In this document: positions 48,167 to 57,955 of the stretch, piece by piece
Position numbering within the stretch: position 1 is the stretch's first letter
Layout of the letters: every line of letters begins with the position of its first letter
Assembly (NCBI GenBank): GCA_024403355.1
Contig: JAKSRW010000012.1
Coordinates: forward strand, 16,797-80,796
From: Lachnospiraceae bacterium
GTDB lineage: Bacteria > Bacillota > Clostridia > Lachnospirales > Lachnospiraceae
Length of the DNA stretch: 64,000 nucleotides
Reading direction: 5' to 3'
Program-made: the position numbers and the translations under genes
Notes under the pieces: model-generated
Database searches by the model: none
What the model saw: only the letters and a program-made list of their open reading frames with translations
Told to the model about the DNA's origin: nothing

Positions 48167-49081
48167 TTAGTTGATTTTAGTCGATTCGACCTGATGTGCC
48201 AGCAGCTTATCAGCCAATGCTTCAAACTTCTCCTGATCTGCTGCCGCAGACGCATTAATAATCAATTGCGACAAAATGTTTTCATCATTAACTGACTTAA
48301 TACGTTCTGTCAGACTGTCTGATATGGTAAAACGGGTGTTAATCACCTGTAATGCAAGATTGTTTTGTCCAATCTGCACACCCTTCTGTATACCTTCCTG
48401 CATGCCATTATTAAATTCTTTTTTCATCATTTCCTCGAACAGCATGTACCTCTCCTCCATATCACGACTGGTTTTCACCTTTTTCACAGAATTCTGCAGC
48501 TGCCTTACAAAACTGTCACCATAGTCTTCCTCGCTGGCTTCAGGTCCTGCAGCTACATACCTTAAGAATTTAACAAGTGCCTCTGGCACCTCGTTTTCAT
48601 TGGTTCCTACCGTACTCAGAAACACCGTATGCCTTCCGTCAGAGTAGGAAATTTTCTCGTCTTCCGCGACATACTGGCTGATGGTGTATCTGTACTTTTT
48701 CAGTTTTAACGGATCATAATCACAAATAAAGAGAACATAACTGTCCGGAAGCTTCTCATAGTCTTGTCCGGAAAGAAGCATTTCCATGTCCATATGGCTG
48801 TGATAATACCTGGCTCGCTTACTAACAGGCTGTGCATCCGCCTGCATCTCCACATTGAAGTGTGTTCCCGCCGTATCCTTAAGAAATACATCAAGCCTTA
48901 CACCCTTGTACTCCGGGTTATAGACAATGCTTTTCTCATACGAGATATCAACGTGATCCACCTTTACTCCAAGTGCAAGCTCAAGCAGGCCCTTGGCATT
49001 CTCCGGTTCAAGCATCACCGCTGCGAACATGAAATTGTTCTTTATCGTGAGATCCTTAAGTCTTTTTCTATGGTATTCCAA
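48167..49081 (-). CDS. Rpn/YhgA-like PD-(D/E)XK recombination-promoting nuclease / putative transposase
   Basis: N-terminal …DLTIKNNFMFAAVM… and …DVFLKD…NVEMQ… motifs typical of the family. Confidence 0.65.
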   Translation of the reverse strand: MEYHRKRLKDLTIKNNFMFAAVMLEPENAKGLLELALGVKVDHVDISYEKSIVYNPEYKGVRLDVFLKDTAGTHFNVEMQADAQPVSKRARYYHSHMDMEMLLSGQDYEKLPDSYVLFICDYDPLKLKKYRYTISQYVAEDEKISYSDGRHTVFLSTVGTNENEVPEALVKFLRYVAAGPEASEEDYGDSFVRQLQNSVKKVKTSRDMEERYMLFEEMMKKEFNNGMQEGIQKGVQIGQNNLALQVINTRFTISDSLTERIKSVNDENILSQLIINASAAADQEKFEALADKLLAHQVESTKIN

Positions 49082-49360
49082 TAAATCCCTCCTTTTTGCA
49101 GAGGAATTCTAAAATTATTATACACTTAGGAATACTATTCAGTCAAGCGTAAATGAAAACATTTTCGTTTTTACGTAATCTTTATAAATTCAAGAAAAAA
49201 TCACAACCACCCTTCCAAAGGGTGGTTTGTACTTGGGCTATAAGCCCTTGCTACTAGGCCAGCGTCTCAAGGCGCTGGCTTTTGATTCGTCGCTACTCCT
49301 GAAGGGGTATTATTACTACTTCACATTAACCCTTAAAAGGGTCTTCATATTCTTTAACAC

Positions 49361-49564
49361 TCAATATTCCATAACAAGTTCAAAATCAGAATCTTCAAGA
49401 ACACAATCAAAAGAGGATCGGTGGCATGTGGGTATTTTTTTTGCAGAAACCGGATCATCAACATATTCGATACCATATTTGCAAAGGACTAGGCCCCAAT
49501 ATGCTTCTGCTTCTTCCGGAAAATCTGTAACAATGTTCTCATAAACACCAAATGCTTTGTCAAA
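49361..49564 (-). pseudogene. decayed fragment of a Zn-ribbon-TPR-TIR-LRR family gene (paralog of 54387-56810)
   Basis: Translation …EAEAYWGLVLCKYGIEYVDDPVSAKKIPTCHRSSFDCVLEDSDFE aligns with aa ~63-125 of the 807-aa protein. No start codon; upstream stop codons are present. Confidence 0.55.
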
Positions 49565-49783
49565 TTCACATGGTCAATTACTGTTCTTGGAGAACTTTAT
49601 ATTTATTGAAGATTAAGAAAAATATTAAACAAAGCAGCTAAGTTTTTACATCAATAAAAACCCTTACGAAAATACGCAGTGGCTTCATTAACAGTATTCC
49701 GTTGCCTAACATAATGTATAATCTGGTAAACGTCAAATTTCCTTTAAACTTCAGATAACAACTACAAACGCCAGTTTTTGTTC

Positions 49784-50320
49784 TCACTTTACCAGTAGCT
49801 TTCTCAGGTTATTTAAATCTGTTTGAGATAAAAGAACCCTTGCAGTTAAGTTTTTATTACTATTATAATCATCAAAAATCACATACTTTCGAGTTTTATC
49901 CAACAAGTACACATTGCTATGGGCTATTGAATTTCTTATATGGCGCAACAGACATACCAGTTCATCTTTTTCATCATTTTTGTAACAACAAACAAATCCC
50001 TTACTTTTTCGATTAACTGTATGATTAGCTTTTAATCTATATATATCTAACTGCTTTTCATTGATATTACCTGACTTATATATATAATAATTACCTTGTT
50101 TTATGGCAATCTTTGCTATAAATTCTTTCCATATTGTACTCACACCCCTTGCAGGAATAGACTTTGCACTCTTACTGTCCACTGTAGGAGCTAAATGTAA
50201 ATAAAAACTAAACAAAGATTTCATTTTTTCATCTACTATTTCGAAAGGAGCTATTCGATTTTTTAAAATATCACTAATTTCCATTTTTCTCATTTCTTGT
50301 TTGTAAATAATAGACCACAA
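49784..50320 (-). CDS. HEPN-like protein (putative RNase or Abi component)
   Basis: R-x4-H motif (LRHIRNSIAHSNVY) near the C-terminus. The true start may be MRKMEISD or MEISD. Confidence 0.45.
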   Translation of the reverse strand: MWSIIYKQEMRKMEISDILKNRIAPFEIVDEKMKSLFSFYLHLAPTVDSKSAKSIPARGVSTIWKEFIAKIAIKQGNYYIYKSGNINEKQLDIYRLKANHTVNRKSKGFVCCYKNDEKDELVCLLRHIRNSIAHSNVYLLDKTRKYVIFDDYNSNKNLTARVLLSQTDLNNLRKLLVK

Positions 50321-50347
50321 GTTTCAACTGCTTAATTAAAATACGCC

Positions 50348-50500
50348 TTATTGTTTCAGCATTTTCTCTACACCCTTCTTCCTTTGATGATGTAACTTAT
50401 GAAATGTCATTGTACAGCCGCAATATTCACAGATTCCAAGAGTTTTATCTTCAAATAACTCTATACCTCCACCAAACATTTTGCATTTTAAGATTGCCAT
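50348..50500 (-). CDS. 50-aa zinc-ribbon peptide; N-terminal gene fragment of the Zn-ribbon-TPR-TIR family
   Basis: MAILKCKMFGGGIELFEDKTLGICEYCGCTMTF…; compare MAILKCKMCGGTLEINSDETISTCEYCG in the 807-aa protein. Weak RBS. Confidence 0.35.
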   Translation of the reverse strand: MAILKCKMFGGGIELFEDKTLGICEYCGCTMTFHKLHHQRKKGVEKMLKQ

Positions 50501-50612
50501 TGTATCATACTTCACAATTACAGTATCATTCCAATACAGATTGTTTTATTTTTTTAATCGCAAGCATTCGTAATATTATTAAAAATCATAATTTATCCTT
50601 TTCCCAATCAGT

Positions 50613-50747
50613 CTCACACCTTCAAATATCCCTTCGGATTACGGCTTGTAAATGTCATTGTACAGCCACAATATTCACAGGTCCCAAGAGTTTTATCTTC
50701 AGATAACTCTATATCTCCACCACACATTTTGCATTTTAAGATTGCCA
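50613..50747 (-). CDS. 44-aa zinc-ribbon peptide; second N-terminal fragment of the same family
   Basis: MAILKCKMCGGDIELSEDKTLGTCEYCGCTMTF… RBS GGGAGA. Confidence 0.35.
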
Positions 50748-50792
50748 TTTTTTTATTCTCCCTGTATAATCTGTATTCCCCTTACTCCAAAG

Positions 50793-51563
50793 CTAAATAT
50801 CCCAAATAACGTTTTTATTCAACTCACTTAATCTTCCGGTTTCGACACCCTCTGTATACAACGGAGAGCGAATCAATCTATCTTTTCGCATTCTATTTAA
50901 ATATTTGTCAGGTAATGTTATTCTAATACTTGTTAGTTTTTCATTTTGGGCTATTTTATTTATTTCGTCTGATAATCTAAGCACTAATCTGGATTCGACC
51001 TCGTATGACCATGCATAATTTTTACAAAAAATATCATCATGGACCAGTATTGGGGGATTCACAGTAGCATGATCATTTCTAACAGTTATTTTTGCTTTAT
51101 TTTTACATAAATCAACATATAGTACATCTGTCATAAACAAATCAAACGAACCATCTGTTTTTTTTAACTTATATTTTTTATCAAACTGACCATTCCCATC
51201 AAATAGCCCCAGTTCAACTGTATCTATATCCAGAATACTTTTTATCACAGAAGGTAAAAAATCAATTACAGCGCCCTTTTTACCATGTTCTCCGCTATAA
51301 AGCATCCACATAGCAATATTCTCTTTAGTTGAACATGAAAAGCTATGACCATAGACCTTTTTTTCATTCATACTAATTCGGTCCTCTTTATCATTCCATT
51401 TTTGCCCATCACTTAAATAGATTTTTCCTGTAAGCAAGAATGCAAGAGCCCTTTCCATAGAGGTATACACTTTATAGTTTTGATGAAGTCCTCCATTAAA
51501 ACGTAATGCTTTAGCTAAACTATTACTATCAGAAATATTATTTTTCAGTAATTTTATTCCCAT
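50793..51563 (-). CDS. DUF2971-like protein
   Basis: Motif …GHSFSCSTKENIAMWMLYSGEHGKKGAVIDF matches the SFS…N..MW..Y…HKG hallmark recalled for DUF2971. Confidence 0.5.
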   Translation of the reverse strand: MGIKLLKNNISDSNSLAKALRFNGGLHQNYKVYTSMERALAFLLTGKIYLSDGQKWNDKEDRISMNEKKVYGHSFSCSTKENIAMWMLYSGEHGKKGAVIDFLPSVIKSILDIDTVELGLFDGNGQFDKKYKLKKTDGSFDLFMTDVLYVDLCKNKAKITVRNDHATVNPPILVHDDIFCKNYAWSYEVESRLVLRLSDEINKIAQNEKLTSIRITLPDKYLNRMRKDRLIRSPLYTEGVETGRLSELNKNVIWDI

Positions 51564-51626
51564 ATAACCAAACTATTTCCTAACACTAATTTAATCATTT
51601 TAAACACTTAATTCCCTAATCAAACT

Positions 51627-52322
51627 CTACTTACTCACCTTACAAACTCGATTTCTCTCAGCAAGCATTCCCTTAAGGTCCCTGCACAGAGCAGTTATTT
51701 TTTCCGGATGTCCAGCCGCAACTGCTGCCTGCATTTCATTTGCAACCGCCATCATATCTCGTTCAATTTCTTCTGTTGCTTCATTTGATACAGGATCGCT
51801 GTATCTGAATTCCTCTGCAAGAGCATCCAAATTCTTTTTAACCGCTGAATCCTCGCACGTGCTTGCAACTGATGAAATAACAGACCGCAGATCTCTCATT
51901 ACTGATACATCTTTCTTAAGTTTTATGTCCTGTTTTTCTACCTCATCGCGCATAGTTTCCGCCGTAATACATCCAATAGCCGCCGCACCGAGAATAATAA
52001 TATTTAATACTATAATTATCCAATTAGGAAATGCTGATACAAAAGTTGAAAGAAGCATTCCTGCAAGACTGACCGCAAGCTGTACTACCAGATAAATAAA
52101 TCCTATTTTCGCAATCGGAAATCCATAGAATCTGCTTTTGGCATCCTCGTCTCTGAAAGCAACCCTGAATACATAAAGCTGCATCAAAACAGCTATCACT
52201 CCGAATATATATGAGCACCAAAATCCCGAATTTTTGCTAAATGGTACCACAAATGCTATTACAGAAAAAATCACAATAATTATTGCCAGAATCGCAAATC
52301 CCCTATTTCTGTTTTTGTTCAT
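51627..52322 (-). CDS. four-TM membrane protein with a cytoplasmic helical C-terminal domain; partner of the SPFH protein
   Basis: Start lies 4 nt from the stop of the upstream SPFH gene. Confidence 0.6.
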   Translation of the reverse strand: MNKNRNRGFAILAIIIVIFSVIAFVVPFSKNSGFWCSYIFGVIAVLMQLYVFRVAFRDEDAKSRFYGFPIAKIGFIYLVVQLAVSLAGMLLSTFVSAFPNWIIIVLNIIILGAAAIGCITAETMRDEVEKQDIKLKKDVSVMRDLRSVISSVASTCEDSAVKKNLDALAEEFRYSDPVSNEATEEIERDMMAVANEMQAAVAAGHPEKITALCRDLKGMLAERNRVCKVSK

Positions 52323-52326
52323 AGGC

Positions 52327-54201
52327 TTATTCTCCTCTCTTTGCTCCGCAATTACTGCAGAAATTGCCTGTTATACCACTTTGTCCGCATGCACAATTCC
52401 AGGTATCAGATACAACCGGCATCGGTCTTTTCGCCCCACAGTTATTACAGAAATTTCCGATTACACCGGTCTGTCCACAACTACAATCCCAGGTATCCGT
52501 CTGTACAAGCATTGGTTTCTTTGCCCCGCAATTATTACAGAAATTACCAATTATTCCTTTATGACCGCAGGCACAATCCCAAGCTTCTGCCATATTTTGT
52601 GGCTGAACCGGATTTGTAATATACGCAGGTACACTCATCTGCTGATTATTTCCCTGCCCCATATTTCCAAAATTATTCATCATCTGACCAATCTGAGGTG
52701 AAATAGCAGATGCTGCTGCCAGTCCGACTCCAAGGCCCATCATATCTCCAACAATACTGCTTCCACCGCCAGCAGAAATAGCAGGCCCCATATTTCCTAT
52801 ACCCTCTGCATAAGCCTTCTGAACCTCTGCAGTGAGTACATCCTTCTGGCTATATCCTTTCGCAGCCATGATTTCAGCTTCGGTAAGTCCCTGCATACGT
52901 GCTGCCTGCGCTTCTGCCTGTGCCTCAATTACACGGCGTTCCGCTTCTCTTTTTGCAATCTCGGTTTCTGTAGTCTGCTGTTCAAGAACGGCTGCACGAT
53001 GTGCTGCTTCAATCGCTGCTTTGCTCTGTTCTTCTGCAGTTCTGTAGATAGTCTCCGACTGAGCCTTTGCAGTTCTGACTGTAGCCTCAGCCTGCAGCAT
53101 TCTTGTTTGAAGTGTAATTGTATGTAATTCCTTAATCCTCTTAAAGTTAGGGTCATCTTCAGGAAGAACTATATTTGTAACATAGAATTGCGGTATAGTA
53201 AGTCCGTATTCCTCAAAACCGGGAATCAACTTCTCACGAAGATTTGTGGATATTATGTCCAGTTTTGAATCTATCTCTAATAAATCGATAGCTTCATTTG
53301 TTATCACTGATGAAAGATTAGTTTTTAATGTACTTGATATTAATGGTCTAAAAGAGTTCTGAATTGATTTTGTTAACCCCGGGCCTTCTTCCCAGGCTAT
53401 TCCCTTTGTTGTACCAACAAGCTTTATTAATAATTTTCTCGAATTACTTACTTGAAGATTCAATTCTCCTGAAGCGCCTATTTGAAGAGGCGTTCCCGTC
53501 AGAGGATCTATGAATCTGACCTTGTCCGGTGTTCCCCACTTAATCGCCATCTGAACAGTTTTATTGATGAAATATACTTCAGAATGGAAGGTCCCTTCTG
53601 TGTCCGTAGGAAGCTGATACGTCTTTTCTAATAAAGGCAACTGCTGTGTTTCGAGAGTATAACGACCCGGGCCGAATAAATCGAGAGCCTGTCCGTCCTT
53701 AAAGAAAATCGCTTCCTGACTCTCATGAACAATAAGCTGAGACCCATAGTTGAAATCTTCAATAGGATGCTTCCAAATAAATGTATTATTATCACCCTCA
53801 TATTTTATGACACTCGCCAGTCCATCCCTTTTAATCTTTTCAGATGTAAGTCTTTCCTGTACATCATTCATATAATCACACACCGGGCAAACATAGGTAG
53901 ACGCACTTCTTGTAGTCATTAATCTAACGCCGCACTGTGCACATGAAAATTCTTCAACTTTCTGTTGTTCAGCCATTGTATTTATCTTTCCATTACAAAT
54001 GGGACATACGGCATCAGCACCTTTTGTCTGATCAAACACAACCTGATTTCCACAATGTGGACATTCTCTTGATGCCAATTTATCTGTACGGATATTAATT
54101 ACATTTCCGCAGGAACAATCAATTTTTTTCTTTGCAAAAAAACCTGTTTTTGCCTCTGCATATTTTCCACAAACAGGGCATTCAATAGCAAACTTAGCCA
54201 T
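52327..54201 (-). CDS. SPFH/band-7-like protein flanked by multiple zinc ribbons
   Basis: Three to four N-terminal CxxC…CxxC ribbons, a central SPFH-like domain, and three tandem C-terminal W-x-C-x-CG…GNFC-x-NCGAK ribbons. Confidence 0.65.
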   Translation of the reverse strand: MAKFAIECPVCGKYAEAKTGFFAKKKIDCSCGNVINIRTDKLASRECPHCGNQVVFDQTKGADAVCPICNGKINTMAEQQKVEEFSCAQCGVRLMTTRSASTYVCPVCDYMNDVQERLTSEKIKRDGLASVIKYEGDNNTFIWKHPIEDFNYGSQLIVHESQEAIFFKDGQALDLFGPGRYTLETQQLPLLEKTYQLPTDTEGTFHSEVYFINKTVQMAIKWGTPDKVRFIDPLTGTPLQIGASGELNLQVSNSRKLLIKLVGTTKGIAWEEGPGLTKSIQNSFRPLISSTLKTNLSSVITNEAIDLLEIDSKLDIISTNLREKLIPGFEEYGLTIPQFYVTNIVLPEDDPNFKRIKELHTITLQTRMLQAEATVRTAKAQSETIYRTAEEQSKAAIEAAHRAAVLEQQTTETEIAKREAERRVIEAQAEAQAARMQGLTEAEIMAAKGYSQKDVLTAEVQKAYAEGIGNMGPAISAGGGSSIVGDMMGLGVGLAAASAISPQIGQMMNNFGNMGQGNNQQMSVPAYITNPVQPQNMAEAWDCACGHKGIIGNFCNNCGAKKPMLVQTDTWDCSCGQTGVIGNFCNNCGAKRPMPVVSDTWNCACGQSGITGNFCSNCGAKRGE

Positions 54202-54386
54202 ACCGTAGGCCTCCCTTATATTTTAGTAATTTCCATATGCTCAAATACAAATTCTATACTCATCACTAGAATTTCATTTCGTGTTCTTTCTGTTTTTTTA
54301 TTCACAACATCAATGTCTGCCAGCATATTCTTTTGCATTCTCATTTTCTTTATATGGTAACAGCATACTTAAAATTTTAACCATAA

Positions 54387-56810
54387 TTAATAGTCTTTTT
54401 TTACTCTACAAAACGAACATTTTTTAATTATTAACCCCTTAAATGCAGCCCCACAATACTGGCAACGACCATTATTTCGATACTCTTTCATACGATCCAA
54501 TTTATTTTGTTGCTCTTGAAATCTTTTTTCTTCTTCTTTCTGTTGCTCTTGACGTATTTTTTCTTCTTCTTTCTGTTGCTCTTGACGTATTTTTTCTTCT
54601 TTTTTTCTTTGTTCTATAATCGACTTTTCCGACCAGGTAATTATCTCAGCTTTTTCAACACCCATATCTTTCTTTGCTATATTTTTTAACTTGTCAGGAA
54701 TAATAATTTGCGTCAAACTGCTACAGCCGCTAAATGCCCATCTGCCAATACTTGTTACACTATTCGGTATTTCGATTTGCGTCAAATTACTACACCTGCT
54801 AAATGCACTTTCTCCAATACTAGTTACACTATTCGGTATTTCAATTTGTGTCAGACTGCTGCAATCTGAAAATGCACTATCACCAATACTTATGACACTG
54901 TTGGGTATTTCAATTTGTGTCAAATTACTGCAGTTATAAAATGCACTATCACCAATACTTGTGACACTGTTGGGTATTTTTATTTGTGTCAAATTACTGC
55001 AGTTATAAAATGCACTATCACCAATACTTGTGACACTGTTGGGTATTGCAAATTCACTTATATCTCCATTAAAAGGAAAAAATGTATGTAGAATAGTTAA
55101 ATCATCGTTATATAATACTCCCCTATCTAACTTATAATATTTGTTTCCATCAGGAATTATAATCTGTGTCAAATTACTGCAGTTACTAAATGCACCTTCG
55201 CCAATAAATGTAACACTATTCGGTATTTCTATTTGTGTCAGACCGCTGCATTCTAAAAATGCCCAATCACCAATACTTGTAATACTGTTTGGTATTTCTA
55301 TTTGTCTCAAGCTACTGCATTCCGAAAATGCCCAACCACCAATACTTGTGACACTGTTTGGTATTTCTATTTGTGTCAGACTACTGCATTCTGTAAATGC
55401 ACAATCACCAATACTTGTGACACTGTTGGGTATTTTTATTTGTATCAAATTACTGCATTTATAAAATGCATATTCTCCAATACTTGTAACACTATTCGGA
55501 ATCTTGAATACAGATAACTCTGAGGCATCTGAATGAATATCAATTCTTTGCAATTTACCATTTACAATCCTAAAAATATCAGCAAAATCCCGTCGAAAAT
55601 TATTATTTATTTTAGTTTGAACATCTTTGTGCGCATATTTCATTACCTTACTGTAATTTTTAGTTTTAGTAATATCTTCCTTAAGTCCAAACTCAACATC
55701 AAAACTTTTAATTTTACATTCGACCATCAATTTAGCTACATACGCATCCCCACATTCCGGATTAATATCAAGAACACGCTCTGCATATTCCTCTGCAGAA
55801 TCCCATTCTTCATCCTCAATGAACATGAACGCACGTTTTAAAAGTGGTGCAACATTTGAGACAGACATATTATTCTGCTGTACATCATTTCCATTATCTG
55901 CTGTTTTACCCTCATCCTTTTTTATAACCTTTTTAATTCCCCGTAAAATATCATTAATAAATCCTATTTTCGACATATCCTGCGCCTGCAAATGCGCAAA
56001 TTCTTCCGGGAGTTCATATGCGTCCATATCCTTATAGCAAGGGATTAGCAGTTTACTGCGATCATTCTTCATAAGTTTCATAAAGCGTGACCATTCGTTC
56101 TTTACCCATACAGCACTAAAGTATTCCGGCTTTGAACCGATAGAAATCATTACCTTTGAACTATTGATTGCAGCGAATATATAGGGCTCATACTCCTGAC
56201 CAAGCTTGTCCTCCAAAGTAATCGCAGCATAGAAAACCTTAAAGCCTTCCTGTGTGAGCTGATGATATATGTCATTAGCTAAAACACTGTCAAATGTACG
56301 ATTACCATTTTCATCAGTTTCCTTGTAACTGATGAAAACATCATAAGGTTCTTCATTCTGGGAAATAGCAAGGATTCCCTTTTGTATCTCATCTATGGCC
56401 TTTGCTTCTGTCTCATAAATAGTTTTCTGTCCGATATCCGCATATTTTATCGCAAACCTATAATCCTCATCAGCAGTTATCGCATCAAAAGAAGACCTAT
56501 GGCAGGTTGGAACACGCTTGAGTGTTTTAGGGTCTTCAACATATTCAATACCATATTTACAGAGAATTATTCCCCAATATGCTTCTGCCTGTGTATTGTC
56601 AATTTCAATTATTTTGCTATAAATTTCTTCAGCTTTGTCAAACTCCGACTTCATACGAAGTGTATTTGCACGATTGAAAAGATTCCCGAGGATATCGTCT
56701 GTAATTTTCGGAATCGTCTGTTCTGTACCACAGTACTCACATGTCGAAATAGTTTCGTCTGAATTAATTTCTAATGTACCGCCACACATTTTACATTTTA
56801 ATATTGCCAT
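54387..56810 (-). CDS. Zn-ribbon-TPR-TIR-LRR(BspA-type) protein with a C-terminal coiled coil and zinc ribbon
   Basis: TIR signature YDVFISYKETDENG…KVMISIGSKPEYFSAVWVKNEWSRF. About twelve 23-aa IPNSVTSIGxxAFxxCSxLTQIE repeats. Tandem repeats EEKIRQEQQKE. Terminal CQYCG…CSFC. Confidence 0.8.
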   Translation of the reverse strand: MAILKCKMCGGTLEINSDETISTCEYCGTEQTIPKITDDILGNLFNRANTLRMKSEFDKAEEIYSKIIEIDNTQAEAYWGIILCKYGIEYVEDPKTLKRVPTCHRSSFDAITADEDYRFAIKYADIGQKTIYETEAKAIDEIQKGILAISQNEEPYDVFISYKETDENGNRTFDSVLANDIYHQLTQEGFKVFYAAITLEDKLGQEYEPYIFAAINSSKVMISIGSKPEYFSAVWVKNEWSRFMKLMKNDRSKLLIPCYKDMDAYELPEEFAHLQAQDMSKIGFINDILRGIKKVIKKDEGKTADNGNDVQQNNMSVSNVAPLLKRAFMFIEDEEWDSAEEYAERVLDINPECGDAYVAKLMVECKIKSFDVEFGLKEDITKTKNYSKVMKYAHKDVQTKINNNFRRDFADIFRIVNGKLQRIDIHSDASELSVFKIPNSVTSIGEYAFYKCSNLIQIKIPNSVTSIGDCAFTECSSLTQIEIPNSVTSIGGWAFSECSSLRQIEIPNSITSIGDWAFLECSGLTQIEIPNSVTFIGEGAFSNCSNLTQIIIPDGNKYYKLDRGVLYNDDLTILHTFFPFNGDISEFAIPNSVTSIGDSAFYNCSNLTQIKIPNSVTSIGDSAFYNCSNLTQIEIPNSVISIGDSAFSDCSSLTQIEIPNSVTSIGESAFSRCSNLTQIEIPNSVTSIGRWAFSGCSSLTQIIIPDKLKNIAKKDMGVEKAEIITWSEKSIIEQRKKEEKIRQEQQKEEEKIRQEQQKEEEKRFQEQQNKLDRMKEYRNNGRCQYCGAAFKGLIIKKCSFCRVKKDY

Positions 56811-57019
56811 TGAATCACATCCTCCATTTATTTTGTAACAACAGACTGCTAATTTCTCATTTCAATTGCTCTAAATCCCCATTTTTACCTATGTACGGGT
56901 AATATATTATAATAATACTTTATTTTTTCTTCCAAATCAACCATGTGTGGGTAATTTTTGCTTTTTCATCTGTTATCATTAGTGTATGATTTACTACTAT
57001 TTCATCCAGAGGTGACAGA

Positions 57020-57271
57020 GTGAAATATTCTGAATTATATGCCTTCAGAATTAAGCAATTATGCACGAAGAAGGGCATTACGATAAACCGATTAGCAACA
57101 TATTCGAATGTTAAACAATCTACCATAGACAATATAGTTCACGGGGCGAGCAAAAATCCAAAAGTTCGTACCTTACATAAAATAGCAACCGTTTTTGATA
57201 TGACATTAAGTGAATTCCTTGATTTTCAGGAGTTGAATGACTATTCCATTGATGACGAGGAAGAAGATTAA
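57020..57271 (+). CDS. XRE-family HTH transcriptional regulator
   Basis: …GITINRLATYSNVKQSTIDNIV… HTH. Terminator hairpin at 57277-57325. Confidence 0.75.
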   Translation: MKYSELYAFRIKQLCTKKGITINRLATYSNVKQSTIDNIVHGASKNPKVRTLHKIATVFDMTLSEFLDFQELNDYSIDDEEED

Positions 57272-57471
57272 CAGGGTATATGAAAATGAACCGAACATTT
57301 TCATATACCCTGTTTTTTTTATTCTCTTTTTCAAAAAATTAACAATCTATTTACAAATTTGGAACGCATTTGGAACGCTTTGGGGCCCGTGAGGGAACAG
57401 AGAACGAGTATATTTATTGCAGCAGGCAGACAAATAGCGCCTGAAAAAATATCATTTTGGAGGCATTTATT

Positions 57472-57798
57472 ATGTACTTTGATTCAATCGCAAAAATCGT
57501 TTCTGAACGTACAGGCTGTGACGTTTCTTCTATAAAGCCCGAGAGCAAGTTCTCAGAGCTTGGCATCGATTCACTCGACACCGTAGAGCTTCTTATGAAC
57601 CTCGAGGACGAAATCGGCATCGAAATCGAGCTGGAGGAAGAGCCTGTAAACACTCTTACTCTCTCCCGCTACCGCAAGGTCGCTCTTCGATTAAAGAGTA
57701 CCCTCGAGGAATACTCCCAGCTCTTCCAGGGCAGTTACCTGACAAATTACAGCTGGGGCGAGACCACTCTGGGCGGACTGCTCAGCAACCAGAAATAA
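57472..57798 (+). CDS. acyl-carrier-protein-like protein with an atypical C-terminal extension
   Basis: Phosphopantetheine-site context LGIDSLDTVELLMNLEDEIGIEIE. RBS GGAGG. Confidence 0.4.
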   Translation: MYFDSIAKIVSERTGCDVSSIKPESKFSELGIDSLDTVELLMNLEDEIGIEIELEEEPVNTLTLSRYRKVALRLKSTLEEYSQLFQGSYLTNYSWGETTLGGLLSNQK

Positions 57799-57896
57799 AT
57801 GGTCTCTTGGGGACGGGGTTGTTGGTGGTCCCCAAGAGACCACCAACAGCCCCCGCCCCCCAAGAGACCACCAACAACCCAATAAAGGAAAAGAAA

Positions 57897-57950
57897 AAAC
57901 AAGCCGATTGAAGCTTGCCGTTAATGGCAGACCTCAATCGGCCTTTATTT
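57897..57950. terminator. bidirectional intrinsic terminator between the ACP-like gene (+) and rsmA (-)
   Basis: Stem GCCGATTGA…TCAATCGGC flanked by A-runs and T-runs on both sides. Confidence 0.55.
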
Positions 57951-57955
57951 ATGAG

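Noticed and set aside
49209-49300. Two GC-rich hairpins (ACAACCACCCTT…GGGTGGTTTGT and CCAGCG…CGCTGG) between the Rpn-like and HEPN-like genes
   Set aside because: They are probably terminators or a 3'-UTR structure. No promoter or coding signal could be tied to them.
54500-55520. Highly regular 69-nt and shorter direct repeats that could superficially resemble a CRISPR array
   Set aside because: They lie inside a long ORF and encode 23-aa BspA-type LRR units and EEKIRQEQQKE repeats. They are not separated by unique spacers and there is no leader or cas context. The same applies to the 69-nt repeats at 24400-24640.
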